Assembly: GCA_016700375.1 (NCBI GenBank)
Contig: CP065016.1
Span: forward strand, 690,001-722,000
DNA: 32,000 bases
Source of the DNA: Candidatus Saccharimonadota bacterium
Lineage (GTDB): Bacteria; Patescibacteriota; Saccharimonadia; Saccharimonadales; UBA4665
Direction of reading: 5' to 3'
Positions within the stretch are counted from its first letter, which is position 1. The number at the start of each line of letters is the position of its first letter. The translations under genes were made by a program, and so were the position numbers. The notes under the pieces were generated by a model. That model did no database searches. It was not told the origin of the DNA and saw only the letters and a list, made by a program, of their open reading frames with translations. Below, in pieces: positions 8,436 to 16,865 of this stretch.

Positions 8436-10628
8436 CTACAATATTGGTGGCAGGCTAACGTATGAATCATATTTGACTGGACCGATACCGGACGCACTAC
8501 CGCCTCGGCTCATCCACAGCTCAGCGCTGTAAATGAATTCTTCACCTGGGTCTGCCGGCACCGCACTTGCGGTTTTAAAACTACCTAAGTTTCCCCAGGT
8601 TCTATTGAGGACTAGACGTTTTGCTACAACCGCACCATAGACAGTCAGCTTGTGATAACAATCACTATATCCCGACGCTGATGTCTGCAAATTAACAGCG
8701 CTTCCGAGACCATATGAGCAACTATAGAATGTCCCACCGCTGCCATTTCCGTCGCTATCTCCAGTATAATACACTCCTCGCATTGTATTAACATCATTGT
8801 CCGTGAATATATCTCCGTTCAAAACAAATACATTGAGCCTGGGGACGTCGGCAGCAGAATTATATATGCCGTATGATATACCCGGATTAGCAATGTAGAG
8901 ATTACCGCTGGTCAGATTGATAGTCAGCCTAACTCCGGGATGAAGCGTGCCAAAGATCGTTAAATCACCACTATACGTCAGGTCGTAGTCGCCTGGCGCA
9001 AATGACCCTACATCCAACGTACCGGGGCTAGCAGTCGCCGATGAAACCGGCACGGGAGGCGTGTAATTTGGTACATTGTATCCTCCTCCGTACGTACCTC
9101 CGCCAAACGTTGTGTTTGCAAAAGCTAAACCATGACCGGATTGTGCACTGACGCCTCCGGGCAGACTTATGCCTGTCACAAAATTAGATATACTTCCGGT
9201 CGCAAGCGCGGCGAGGTTAGTCCCTGCCCCATTGTACCCAATCCCCCATGCAGGATTATTGTCCCCATTCCATGACTGAATGTCACCGCCAGACAAAATA
9301 TCTCCGCCTGTTACTGAAAAATACGGCGCATACATGGCTGTATTAGTCACAGGACCTCCAGACGCAGGACATGATATGTTCAAACCGGCTCCGCTTAGTC
9401 CCCATACCATTGTGTATATGCCACCAACCGTCGGCGTGAAGGTATAAGTATATCTGAGAAAAGCTGGCATTATTCCTGTCTCGGAATACGCTACACTGGC
9501 ATTATTAAATACCAGGGCTCCAGAGGGATCTCTAATCTGTAAATACATTGCTGGCGAGGTACCGGCTGTATATGGTGGTGTGGTCCAGGCTATTAATTGT
9601 GCATTCACTTCAAACGAATGAGGCAGCCCAACTATCATGCCGGATGACGCAAATGTTTGTAAGCCGCAAGAAGAAGAGTTGCACGACGGCAATGTTAAGG
9701 GACCTGCAACGGTATAAACACCATTTTGATTCCCAGCTGTATTGACACCTACTGCCCGAAAGTAATAGCTCCTCCCTGACGTAATGAGTTTCGCGGGGTT
9801 AGGGTCAACAAAAGTAATGCTTCCTCCGGAAGTTATGGCGGAACCTAAATACTTTCCCGAACCTGGTGGTCCGTCTCCCCATACTTCCACTGTAATTGAA
9901 CCACTGTAATCAGGATCGCTAGCTGTGGCGGTTACTGTCCTCGATAAACAACTGCCCGTACCGATGTTACTAACCGGTTGCCTGTCGCAGTCACCGTTGC
10001 TGTCTTTGACATAGCCAAATGGTATAGCCGATTGATTGCCAGGTAAATTAGGGCACAGGTCTACAGGGAGACCAGGTAGATTTCCGAGTGGATTGCCACA
10101 ATTAATTTTAATGGCATAAACAATGACTCCATCTACCCGAAAGACTATCGAAGGTTCGACTCCTGAGTGAGAATATGTTACAACACGATTATCCACATTA
10201 TAGTACGCTGAGTTTGTCGCGTATGCATAGTCTTCTATGGTTATTGTGACGTTAGGATTGTTTACGCGTACTTGCCAGCTTGCATTGGCATCATTGCCAA
10301 TACCGCCAATAATGTATTGCGCACCTATCTTTTGGAAGCCGTATCCATTTACTAGTTTATCTTCTATTGCGGCGATAAATGTTGTTTTGTCACTGACGCT
10401 AGTCAGAGCTAAATCGTCTTGCCCGCCAGGCTCACAGTTGGCATCAACCGGATCGGTATTCACTGAAAGATCCGTTGGAGAATACGGATTTGATAGTACC
10501 TTACAGTAATGGTTGTATGCTGCAGCTTGTGCAGAAAATTTTCCGGGAGCAAACAGCAGTAGCGCTAAAAACGCACAGAATAATACACTTATGAATATGC
10601 TATTTTTTTTGTTAAAGTGATATTTCAT
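8436..10628 (-). CDS. large secreted/surface protein of unknown function (Sec signal peptide; Gly/Ser/Thr/Tyr/Asn-rich, probably beta-rich)
   Basis: 730 aa. The N-terminus MKYHFNKKNSIFISVLFCAFLALLLFAPGKFSAQA/AA looks like a cleavable signal peptide. It contains DLCPNLPGNQSAIPFGYVKDSNGDCD, related to the motif in the PilN-like protein. No family was recognised by eye. Confidence 0.75.
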   Translation of the reverse strand: MKYHFNKKNSIFISVLFCAFLALLLFAPGKFSAQAAAYNHYCKVLSNPYSPTDLSVNTDPVDANCEPGGQDDLALTSVSDKTTFIAAIEDKLVNGYGFQKIGAQYIIGGIGNDANASWQVRVNNPNVTITIEDYAYATNSAYYNVDNRVVTYSHSGVEPSIVFRVDGVIVYAIKINCGNPLGNLPGLPVDLCPNLPGNQSAIPFGYVKDSNGDCDRQPVSNIGTGSCLSRTVTATASDPDYSGSITVEVWGDGPPGSGKYLGSAITSGGSITFVDPNPAKLITSGRSYYFRAVGVNTAGNQNGVYTVAGPLTLPSCNSSSCGLQTFASSGMIVGLPHSFEVNAQLIAWTTPPYTAGTSPAMYLQIRDPSGALVFNNASVAYSETGIMPAFLRYTYTFTPTVGGIYTMVWGLSGAGLNISCPASGGPVTNTAMYAPYFSVTGGDILSGGDIQSWNGDNNPAWGIGYNGAGTNLAALATGSISNFVTGISLPGGVSAQSGHGLAFANTTFGGGTYGGGYNVPNYTPPVPVSSATASPGTLDVGSFAPGDYDLTYSGDLTIFGTLHPGVRLTINLTSGNLYIANPGISYGIYNSAADVPRLNVFVLNGDIFTDNDVNTMRGVYYTGDSDGNGSGGTFYSCSYGLGSAVNLQTSASGYSDCYHKLTVYGAVVAKRLVLNRTWGNLGSFKTASAVPADPGEEFIYSAELWMSRGGSASGIGPVKYDSYVSLPPIL

Positions 10629-10629
10629 A

Positions 10630-11220
10630 TTATTTTGAAACTCGCTTCAGTGCAGACTCGTAATCCCCAGCAGAAATAGCATAAGCTGGGTCGTTTTTGT
10701 CTAAACGGCTAAGAGCTAGTTCGTAGTATTTGCGCGCCGTGGATTTGTCTCCAGCTTTTTCGGCCACATATCCTATCAACTGAGCCGTTCCCGGTGTAGG
10801 CTTTAATCGCTCAGCTTCAAGTGCATACAATCTTGCATCCGCGAATTGTTTGCTATTTATCCCGTTCGTTGCGAGCTGCGCATAAAGTTTTGTTTGGCTT
10901 GCTAAATCGGTCGTTTTAGCAACTTCCGCCTTGAGCAATTCCTGTGCTGCATCGTAATTACCATTGTACATTTGTTGTTCTGCTTGTTGGCTGGCAGGTA
11001 ATGAATTATTGATTTTGACTTTCTTATGTTCTTTGGGGGAGTTCGTTGAAGAGCTATTTGTAAGCTTACTAAACCCTATAATAGCCAAAGGAAGAGCTAC
11101 CACAAAACAAAGTATGCCGAGCAGTAACCCTACATATCGACGACTATGTTTTGGCCGTCCGCCTTGGTCACTTACGGTTATGCGCGAGCCATCATTTGCT
11201 AGATTTGTACCTTGTAGCAT
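10630..11220 (-). CDS. membrane-anchored TPR-repeat protein
   Basis: 196 aa with one TM helix (YVGLLLGILCFVVALPLAIIGF), then Ala/Tyr/Leu-patterned TPR-like repeats (for example AQLATNGINSKQFADARLYALEAERL). Its stop is 1 nt from the start of the 730-aa ORF. Confidence 0.7.
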   Translation of the reverse strand: MLQGTNLANDGSRITVSDQGGRPKHSRRYVGLLLGILCFVVALPLAIIGFSKLTNSSSTNSPKEHKKVKINNSLPASQQAEQQMYNGNYDAAQELLKAEVAKTTDLASQTKLYAQLATNGINSKQFADARLYALEAERLKPTPGTAQLIGYVAEKAGDKSTARKYYELALSRLDKNDPAYAISAGDYESALKRVSK

Positions 11221-11516
11221 GTTCTCATACTATATCAAACTATAAGCATCATGTGAAGAGTCAGACCCACATTTTTACGCACTAGAGAAACTTGTTGAAG
11301 GCATGATAAAATTAACAGAGAACTTAGACTATCTTGGCAAAAAAGAGATTGTTCAGAAAGTTGTTAGTAAAGTAATTGCTACGCAGCGGGAAGTAAAGGT
11401 TCGGGGTTACATACCTGTTTTAGCAGATGGAGATGTTGGATTAAATGTTAACTATAGCAATACTGGCGTTCCAACCCAATGTGGTGACCAGCCTAATCAG
11501 TCGGAGATTAGGTTAA

Positions 11517-12611
11517 ATGCTAAGTATAGCCATCGTGGGATTGCCAAATGTCGGGAAATCGACGCTGTTTAACGCGCTGACCGACAGCAATATTTTGGCC
11601 GCAAACTACCCCTTCGCTACCATAGAACCAAACACGGGCATTGTGCCGGTACCCGATGAGCGTCTTCAGAAACTCAGCGAGCTATATGGAAATGCACCCA
11701 TCAAGCCCGCTACGGTAACGTTCGTGGACATTGCCGGGCTGGTGGCGGGCGCAAGCAAAGGCGAAGGCCTCGGTAACCAGTTCCTTTCGCACATTCGTAC
11801 CTGCAATGCCATTGTGCAAGTGGTACGCGCATTTGAGGACCCAAATGTGGCCCATGTCGATGACGCACACGACCCCGCAAAGGACATAGACGTCATAAAT
11901 ACCGAGCTGGTTCTGGCTGACCTCCAAACCGTCACAAACCGCCTGCCACGACTCGAAAAAGAAGCCAAAGCAAACGTAAAACTAAAAACCCTCATCGAGT
12001 TTGTAGAACTCGTCAAGGCAACACTCGACAGCGGAACACCGCTTTGGGCAAACGAAGCAATAATGAATCATGAGTTCTGCCCGTGGCTACGCCAAGAGCT
12101 ACAACTTCTGACGCTAAAGCCCATAATTTATTTGTTCAACGTAGATGAAGTGAAGCTAACAGATGAAAATACAGCATCCCAGGTGAAAGCACTCGTCATG
12201 CCCGCCCCTGCTCTTTTGGTCTGTGCCAAGCTAGAACACGAGCTGCGAAGTCTCGATGAAGCCGACCGCCGCGAGCTGCTTGAAAGCTACGGCGCGCACC
12301 AATCTGGCCTTGTCCAGCTCATACACTCCGCTTACAAGACACTAGGCCTGCAAAGCTACCTCACGGCAGGCGACAAAGAGGTCCGCGCCTGGACAATCTC
12401 GAGCGGCGCAACTGCACCACAGGCTGCCGGCGTCATCCATGGTGACTTTGAGCGCGGCTTCATAGCCGCAGACATAGTGAGCTACCCAGACCTCATAGCC
12501 GCAGGGTCATTGCAGGCAACTCGAGCAGCGGGCAAGGTTCGCACCGAGGGCAAAACCTACGTTATGCAGCCAGAGGACGTTGTTGAGTTCAAATTCAACG
12601 TGAGCAAATAA
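11517..12611 (+). CDS. ychF: redox-regulated ATPase YchF (Obg-family GTPase-like)
   Basis: MLSIAIVGLPNVGKSTLFNALT (G1 motif), DIAGLVAGAS (G3 motif) and a C-terminal TGS-like domain ending in EFKFNV. Confidence 0.95.
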   Translation: MLSIAIVGLPNVGKSTLFNALTDSNILAANYPFATIEPNTGIVPVPDERLQKLSELYGNAPIKPATVTFVDIAGLVAGASKGEGLGNQFLSHIRTCNAIVQVVRAFEDPNVAHVDDAHDPAKDIDVINTELVLADLQTVTNRLPRLEKEAKANVKLKTLIEFVELVKATLDSGTPLWANEAIMNHEFCPWLRQELQLLTLKPIIYLFNVDEVKLTDENTASQVKALVMPAPALLVCAKLEHELRSLDEADRRELLESYGAHQSGLVQLIHSAYKTLGLQSYLTAGDKEVRAWTISSGATAPQAAGVIHGDFERGFIAADIVSYPDLIAAGSLQATRAAGKVRTEGKTYVMQPEDVVEFKFNVSK

Positions 12612-12621
12612 CGCTACATTC

Positions 12622-13630
12622 GGCTAACTGAAAGATTTTAGGGTACTCTTTCACCGTTTTTCTGTCATGCTGATTGCATGAAAAAAGATGTCCTCATTGT
12701 CATAGCATACGGATTAATCATGTAGGGATGCAGTCTGGGCGTCCACGGTACCTTTGTCGGGATTGCCGCAAGAAGTTTCAAGATAAACGCAGACAGATAC
12801 GTTCATCGGTTGCCTTCATGCATTGGGATAGGTATGTCTGGGGAAAGCAAACAGTCGAGCAGCTGGCCAAAGAGCTTCGTGTCAGTGTTCCGGCCATGCG
12901 AGCGAAGCTTGACGTCTACAACATCCCACAGACGCTCCCGTACCAGGAATTACTACCCACCTCAACTACACTCGCTATCGACGCCTACTTCCGTTCACGC
13001 GGTGACGGTACCCTTATCTTCCGCTCACCTGAGCTACGACGTAATCTTCTCTGGTACGATATTCGGTACGAAACTGTCGAGGAGTATCTACGAGGTATCC
13101 GTTTGATGCAAGAAGCGGGTTGGGTATTCACTGGCTTTGTGGTTGATGGTCGTAAAGGCGTTGTCAAAGCTCTTTCTAGCCTTGCTCCGGTGCAGTACTG
13201 CCAGTTCCATCAGAAGAAGACTATTCGGAACTATCTGACAAAGCATCCCAAAACAGATGCCGCTAGAAAGCTCAAAGACATCGTCGATCTTTTGACGCTG
13301 ACCGACGAAGCCTCGTTCCGGGCATGGCTTGGAGTGTGGCATCATACATGGGACACATTCCTGAAAGAGAAAACGATTCACCCCGATGGGAGTACCAGCT
13401 ACACTCACAGAAGACTTAGAGCAGCTTACCGCAGCCTCAAGACAAATCTACCGAATTTGTTTACCTGCCACACGGTCGATAACCCACCAAACACGACGAA
13501 TACGTTAGATGGTAGTATTAGTCATCTCAGAACAATGCACCGAGTCCATAGAGGCATAAAATTACGACGACGCCGTAAAGTAACAGATACGCTCCTTCGA
13601 GGAAAGTACCCTAAAAAGTTTCAATGAGCC
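12622..13630 (+). mobile_element. insertion sequence, IS1595-family-like (1009 bp; 26-bp imperfect IRs; 8-bp target duplication)
   Basis: IRL at 12622-12647 (ggctaactgaaagattttagggtact) matches the reverse complement of 13605-13630 (ggctcattgaaactttttagggtact) at 22/26. The direct repeat ctacattc lies at 12614-12621 and 13631-13638. A single zinc-ribbon + DDE-type transposase ORF sits inside. Confidence 0.75.
12674..13627 (+). CDS. transposase with N-terminal zinc ribbon (CPHC...CRDC) and DDE-type core
   Basis: 317 aa. CxxC-X-CxxC lies at the N-terminus. Candidate catalytic region: LAIDAYF, FVVDGRKGVVKAL...QYCQFHQKK, TTNTLDGSISHLR. The in-frame start is TTG at 12674. The ORF reads through the right IR. 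Confidence 0.8.
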   Translation: MHEKRCPHCHSIRINHVGMQSGRPRYLCRDCRKKFQDKRRQIRSSVAFMHWDRYVWGKQTVEQLAKELRVSVPAMRAKLDVYNIPQTLPYQELLPTSTTLAIDAYFRSRGDGTLIFRSPELRRNLLWYDIRYETVEEYLRGIRLMQEAGWVFTGFVVDGRKGVVKALSSLAPVQYCQFHQKKTIRNYLTKHPKTDAARKLKDIVDLLTLTDEASFRAWLGVWHHTWDTFLKEKTIHPDGSTSYTHRRLRAAYRSLKTNLPNLFTCHTVDNPPNTTNTLDGSISHLRTMHRVHRGIKLRRRRKVTDTLLRGKYPKKFQ

Positions 13631-15355
13631 CTACATTCTATTCAGCTGCTCGTTAATCTGGCGCGCCGCATCCGCAACCTGCGCCCACGAACTCCCCTGT
13701 GACATTATGGTGAGCATGTACGTTTTACTGCCATACACTATGGCCGCATCGTGCAGTTTGCCGTCGAGGAACCCAACTTTATCTGCCACGGTTACTCGCA
13801 CACCCGCCGGTATACCCTGCCGGTACACTTGACGCTTCATAACATCGAGCAACCTGTCGCGCTCCGGCGTATTTAAGATGTTGCCGTACTGGAGTTTGTG
13901 CAAGAACAATGTTTCGTCGTCGGGAGTAGAATACATCGCCCCGCGTATTGTACTGGTGTTTGATAATCCCAAGGCGCGCACCTCGTTTTGTATGTTCGAC
14001 CAGCCAATCTTGTCGCCCAGCCACTCGGCACAGGTGTTGTCGGAGTTGATTATCATGACGTCAAAACACTGACTCATATTTTTGCCGGCCGTAGCGGGGT
14101 CATCCCACTTAAATGTACTGTTTTCAATCCGCTTCAAAAAGCTGTAGGCAACGTACATTTTATACGTACTCGCCGGATGGTAGCGCTTACTACCGTTGGC
14201 GCTGACCGTACTGCCATCACTCAGGCGCACTGATATGGCATAGTCACCCTTGTCTTTCACGATGTCGTTTAGCAAAGCCTGCAGACCCGCGCGGGTCGGC
14301 GAATACGAACGCTGGTATGTTACCCGCGGAGCAAGCGAGATGAGTTCACCCGTCACCACACCGTCGCCACTAAGCAGCTGTTTTTTAAGCGCTTCAGAGG
14401 TTGTGGTAAAGTTAAGTCCCCGCCCCACCGCACCCTCAGTCCGGCCTGTTTCTACACCGTCGGTGGTGCGCACCGTGGTAATACCAGGTGCAATATATAT
14501 TTTCTTTTGCATTTCGCTCAGGTAGTCACGAATAGGTTTTGTGTCGACGTCTACCGTCAGCTTCTTTTTGTCGCTTGGGTCTTCGGCAATAACCAGCCAC
14601 GACGCGAGCGTTGCTTTGGAAACCGGATAATCGGTATCGGCAAGTTTCAGCGAAATTTTACGTTCGGTCAGGGCCTGAGCCTCTTTTAACTTGCCCTCTA
14701 CGTCCTTGTCGGAGCGAAGCGGCTTCACCGTTTCTGCGTCTATGTAGGCATGAACGCCCTTTGGCTCCAGCGAAAGACGTTTTAGCTCACCGCGTAACAC
14801 ATCTGGCTGACATTCCTGTCCGTCTTTGGCAACGTCGAGCACGACTGCACCATCCGTAACCATAACTCCTGCGTTTTTTGGTTCTACCTTGCAGGCCGCA
14901 AGCTCGCCCTTGGCGTATTCTTTAAAACGCTGTTCGTCAAAAGTTACGCGAATAGGCTGGTTCTTCGTCAAGCCCTTTGCAAGCCCGCTAAAGGGCACCA
15001 GCCGCTGCCACCACGGATAGGACTTGAGCTCTTTCAGTATGCGGTCAATATCTGGCTGCAAGCCGGCTGGCGCAATGGTTGTTTTCCGCGACAAATCTTT
15101 AGCGGGTCCTTCGACATGAAGCGTCAGCGGGACATTGCTGTACTGGTCTATGAGCGTTTGTGAAATCTGTTTTTCGGACTGCGAGCCAACTCGTTTGTCA
15201 TCTAGGCGCACAAATGGCAGCGTTCGGTTTGCCGGGTACGCAAATTGGGCTACGATGACGGCCGCCAACACACCACCAACCCAATACACCTGTTTAGTGT
15301 GACGAGCAACGAACACATTAACCAGCCGCAACCAATACTCTGCTCTTTGTCTCAT
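13631..15355 (-). CDS. membrane-anchored serine hydrolase, class-A beta-lactamase-like C-terminal domain with a large uncharacterised N-terminal extracytoplasmic region
   Basis: 574 aa with an N-terminal TM helix. C-terminal motifs are S-T-Y-K (SxxK), S-D-N and K-V-G (a KTG variant) in the canonical order and spacing. Its stop codon TAG lies inside the right copy of the IS target duplication. Confidence 0.65.
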   Translation of the reverse strand: MRQRAEYWLRLVNVFVARHTKQVYWVGGVLAAVIVAQFAYPANRTLPFVRLDDKRVGSQSEKQISQTLIDQYSNVPLTLHVEGPAKDLSRKTTIAPAGLQPDIDRILKELKSYPWWQRLVPFSGLAKGLTKNQPIRVTFDEQRFKEYAKGELAACKVEPKNAGVMVTDGAVVLDVAKDGQECQPDVLRGELKRLSLEPKGVHAYIDAETVKPLRSDKDVEGKLKEAQALTERKISLKLADTDYPVSKATLASWLVIAEDPSDKKKLTVDVDTKPIRDYLSEMQKKIYIAPGITTVRTTDGVETGRTEGAVGRGLNFTTTSEALKKQLLSGDGVVTGELISLAPRVTYQRSYSPTRAGLQALLNDIVKDKGDYAISVRLSDGSTVSANGSKRYHPASTYKMYVAYSFLKRIENSTFKWDDPATAGKNMSQCFDVMIINSDNTCAEWLGDKIGWSNIQNEVRALGLSNTSTIRGAMYSTPDDETLFLHKLQYGNILNTPERDRLLDVMKRQVYRQGIPAGVRVTVADKVGFLDGKLHDAAIVYGSKTYMLTIMSQGSSWAQVADAARQINEQLNRM

Positions 15356-15385
15356 ACTGCTTATGACAGTATAGCAAACCTAGGC

Positions 15386-16012
15386 CTAGAGGTAGAAGCT
15401 TGGGTATCTGCGACGTCGAGACAGGAGTGGCACTTTGGTGTATGGGTTCATCAGCGGTCGAGCAGGAGGCCGGTATGTTTCAAAATCCGCTGTAGGTTTC
15501 TCTGCGGTTGCCGTTGTCGGCACCATCTGCGGTACCGTTTGACGCTGCCAACGCTTACCCGAAGCAAACGTGGTCGGTGTAGACTGTTTTTGCTGCATGA
15601 ACTGACTCATGAGGTAGTCGTTGTTTCGCAGTTCCATTACCCGCTGCTGAATATAATTCATGCTCGTTCGAAGTTTGCTGATGCTCCAGCTCGTAAATAT
15701 GAGCGTTCGCATGGGGGTGTATATGTGGAACACAGAGGTAAAGACGCGCGAACTATAGTCAACTTCGGCTATCATGTCGTAGCGCAGGTCTTCAACGGTG
15801 AGTGCGAGTGGTTTTTTGTCCACAATCAAGACGCGGTAGTTCGTAACACACAGCAGCGCAAAACCACCATCATAGTAGCCATTGACCGCTTGTTGAATCT
15901 GTTCGTCGTCCATGAGAATGTTAGTCAGCTCGCGAATTTCGCTTCTTCCCCACACGGCATAGTCACACCCAATTTGTCTTAGCTGTTTGGTGATTTGCTT
16001 CATACTAACCAT
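15386..16012 (-). CDS. bacterial PH-domain (YokE-like) protein with disordered C-terminal tail
   Basis: 208 aa. The N-terminal ~125 aa (…EQIQQAVNGYYDGGFALLCVTNYRVLIVDKKP…) resemble bPH/YokE-like domains. The functional call is by eye and of low certainty. Confidence 0.5.
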   Translation of the reverse strand: MVSMKQITKQLRQIGCDYAVWGRSEIRELTNILMDDEQIQQAVNGYYDGGFALLCVTNYRVLIVDKKPLALTVEDLRYDMIAEVDYSSRVFTSVFHIYTPMRTLIFTSWSISKLRTSMNYIQQRVMELRNNDYLMSQFMQQKQSTPTTFASGKRWQRQTVPQMVPTTATAEKPTADFETYRPPARPLMNPYTKVPLLSRRRRYPSFYL

Positions 16013-16165
16013 CTCTGTATCTCCCTGAAGGGTTTTCGGTCTATTGACTAAATTTCCCTACGTAGTCATCAGTATAGTGAGAGAGGTAAATTCGGGCAGT
16101 TAAGTTCATCACAAATTAGGTGAGACATTTATCACACCAGCCTGCCCAAGCAGTATGAATTCTTA

Positions 16166-16194
16166 TAGACAGGGGTGGTTCTCTGTGGGATAAT
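16166..16194 (+). promoter_or_regulatory. promoter TAGACA-N17-(TGg)GATAAT for the Crp/Fnr gene; predicts a leaderless mRNA
   Basis: -35 tagaca at 16166-16171, an extended -10 tgg+gataat at 16186-16194, and the A of the ATG (16201) is the 7th nt after the -10 box. There is no SD. Confidence 0.5.
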
Positions 16195-16200
16195 ACGGCC

Positions 16201-16851
16201 ATGCTAGCCGATGATACCCAGCTGGCGGCGTTGGTTGATTTGTTTCATACCGGCACCAAACAAGAATACTCAAAAGGCGAGTTTCTTGTTCGACCAGGCG
16301 GCGCACCGGCTGGGGTATTTTATATTGAGACAGGTTTAGTAAAAGCATACGATATCACCAAGTACGGGGAAGAAAACCTGCTTATAATTCGGCAGTCGGG
16401 GGAGCTTCTTGGTTTAACGTGGGCTTTAGCTGGAAGAGAAAGAGAAATTATCTACACAGCCCTAGCCCCAACAGTAGTATGGTTAATAAGTCGTGACACG
16501 TTTCTAGAGCATCTTCACTCCCGCCCAGAAGCCGCCGTCCCAGTAGTTGGGATACTTGCTGATATGTTCCGCTTGCACGGCGAGCGCATTATGACACTTG
16601 AGTATCGTACGGTTCGTGAACGCCTTGCTTCGTTTTTACTGGGCATGGCAGAGCGATTTGGGGTCAAAACTCCCGATGGCGTCAAAATAGATGTGCCTCT
16701 GCGCCACCAAGATATCGCCAGCTCCATAAGTGCCACACGGGAAACCACCAGTCGGACTCTCTCGGAGCTGGAAAGAAAAAACATCCTTGTCAGCGAACAG
16801 TCTCGGATTACCCTCTGCGACACATCCGCGCTACAGGACTTCCTCGAGTAG
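16201..16851 (+). CDS. Crp/Fnr-family transcriptional regulator
   Basis: 216 aa with an N-terminal cNMP-binding-like beta-roll and a C-terminal HTH (RHQDIASSISATRETTSRTLSELERKNIL). Confidence 0.85.
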   Translation: MLADDTQLAALVDLFHTGTKQEYSKGEFLVRPGGAPAGVFYIETGLVKAYDITKYGEENLLIIRQSGELLGLTWALAGREREIIYTALAPTVVWLISRDTFLEHLHSRPEAAVPVVGILADMFRLHGERIMTLEYRTVRERLASFLLGMAERFGVKTPDGVKIDVPLRHQDIASSISATRETTSRTLSELERKNILVSEQSRITLCDTSALQDFLE

Positions 16852-16865
16852 ATTCTCGCTGCCCA

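Noticed and set aside
11303-11572. 89-aa plus-strand ORF upstream of and overlapping ychF
   Set aside because: It overlaps the well-supported ychF start by 56 nt in another frame. Its SD spacing is poor and it matches no recognisable family. It may be spurious, but the 296-bp divergent spacer could hold a small gene or leader.
12678-12689. ATG-AAA-AAA-G slippery A6G motif at the very start of the IS transposase. An out-of-frame ATG at 12678 would need a -1 shift to enter the transposase frame.
   Set aside because: Initiation at the in-frame TTG (12674) is a simpler explanation. A frameshift within the first three codons is unprecedented to my knowledge.
15245-15982. 245-aa plus-strand ORF
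   Set aside because: It is antisense to the PH-domain gene and to the hydrolase N-terminus, and its Arg/Cys/His-rich composition is typical of shadow ORFs. The same applies to the other long antisense ORFs inside pilB, pilT, ftsK, rnj and pnp (for example 4265..4729, 24347..24706, 27532..27987, 29625..30254 and 30877..31380).
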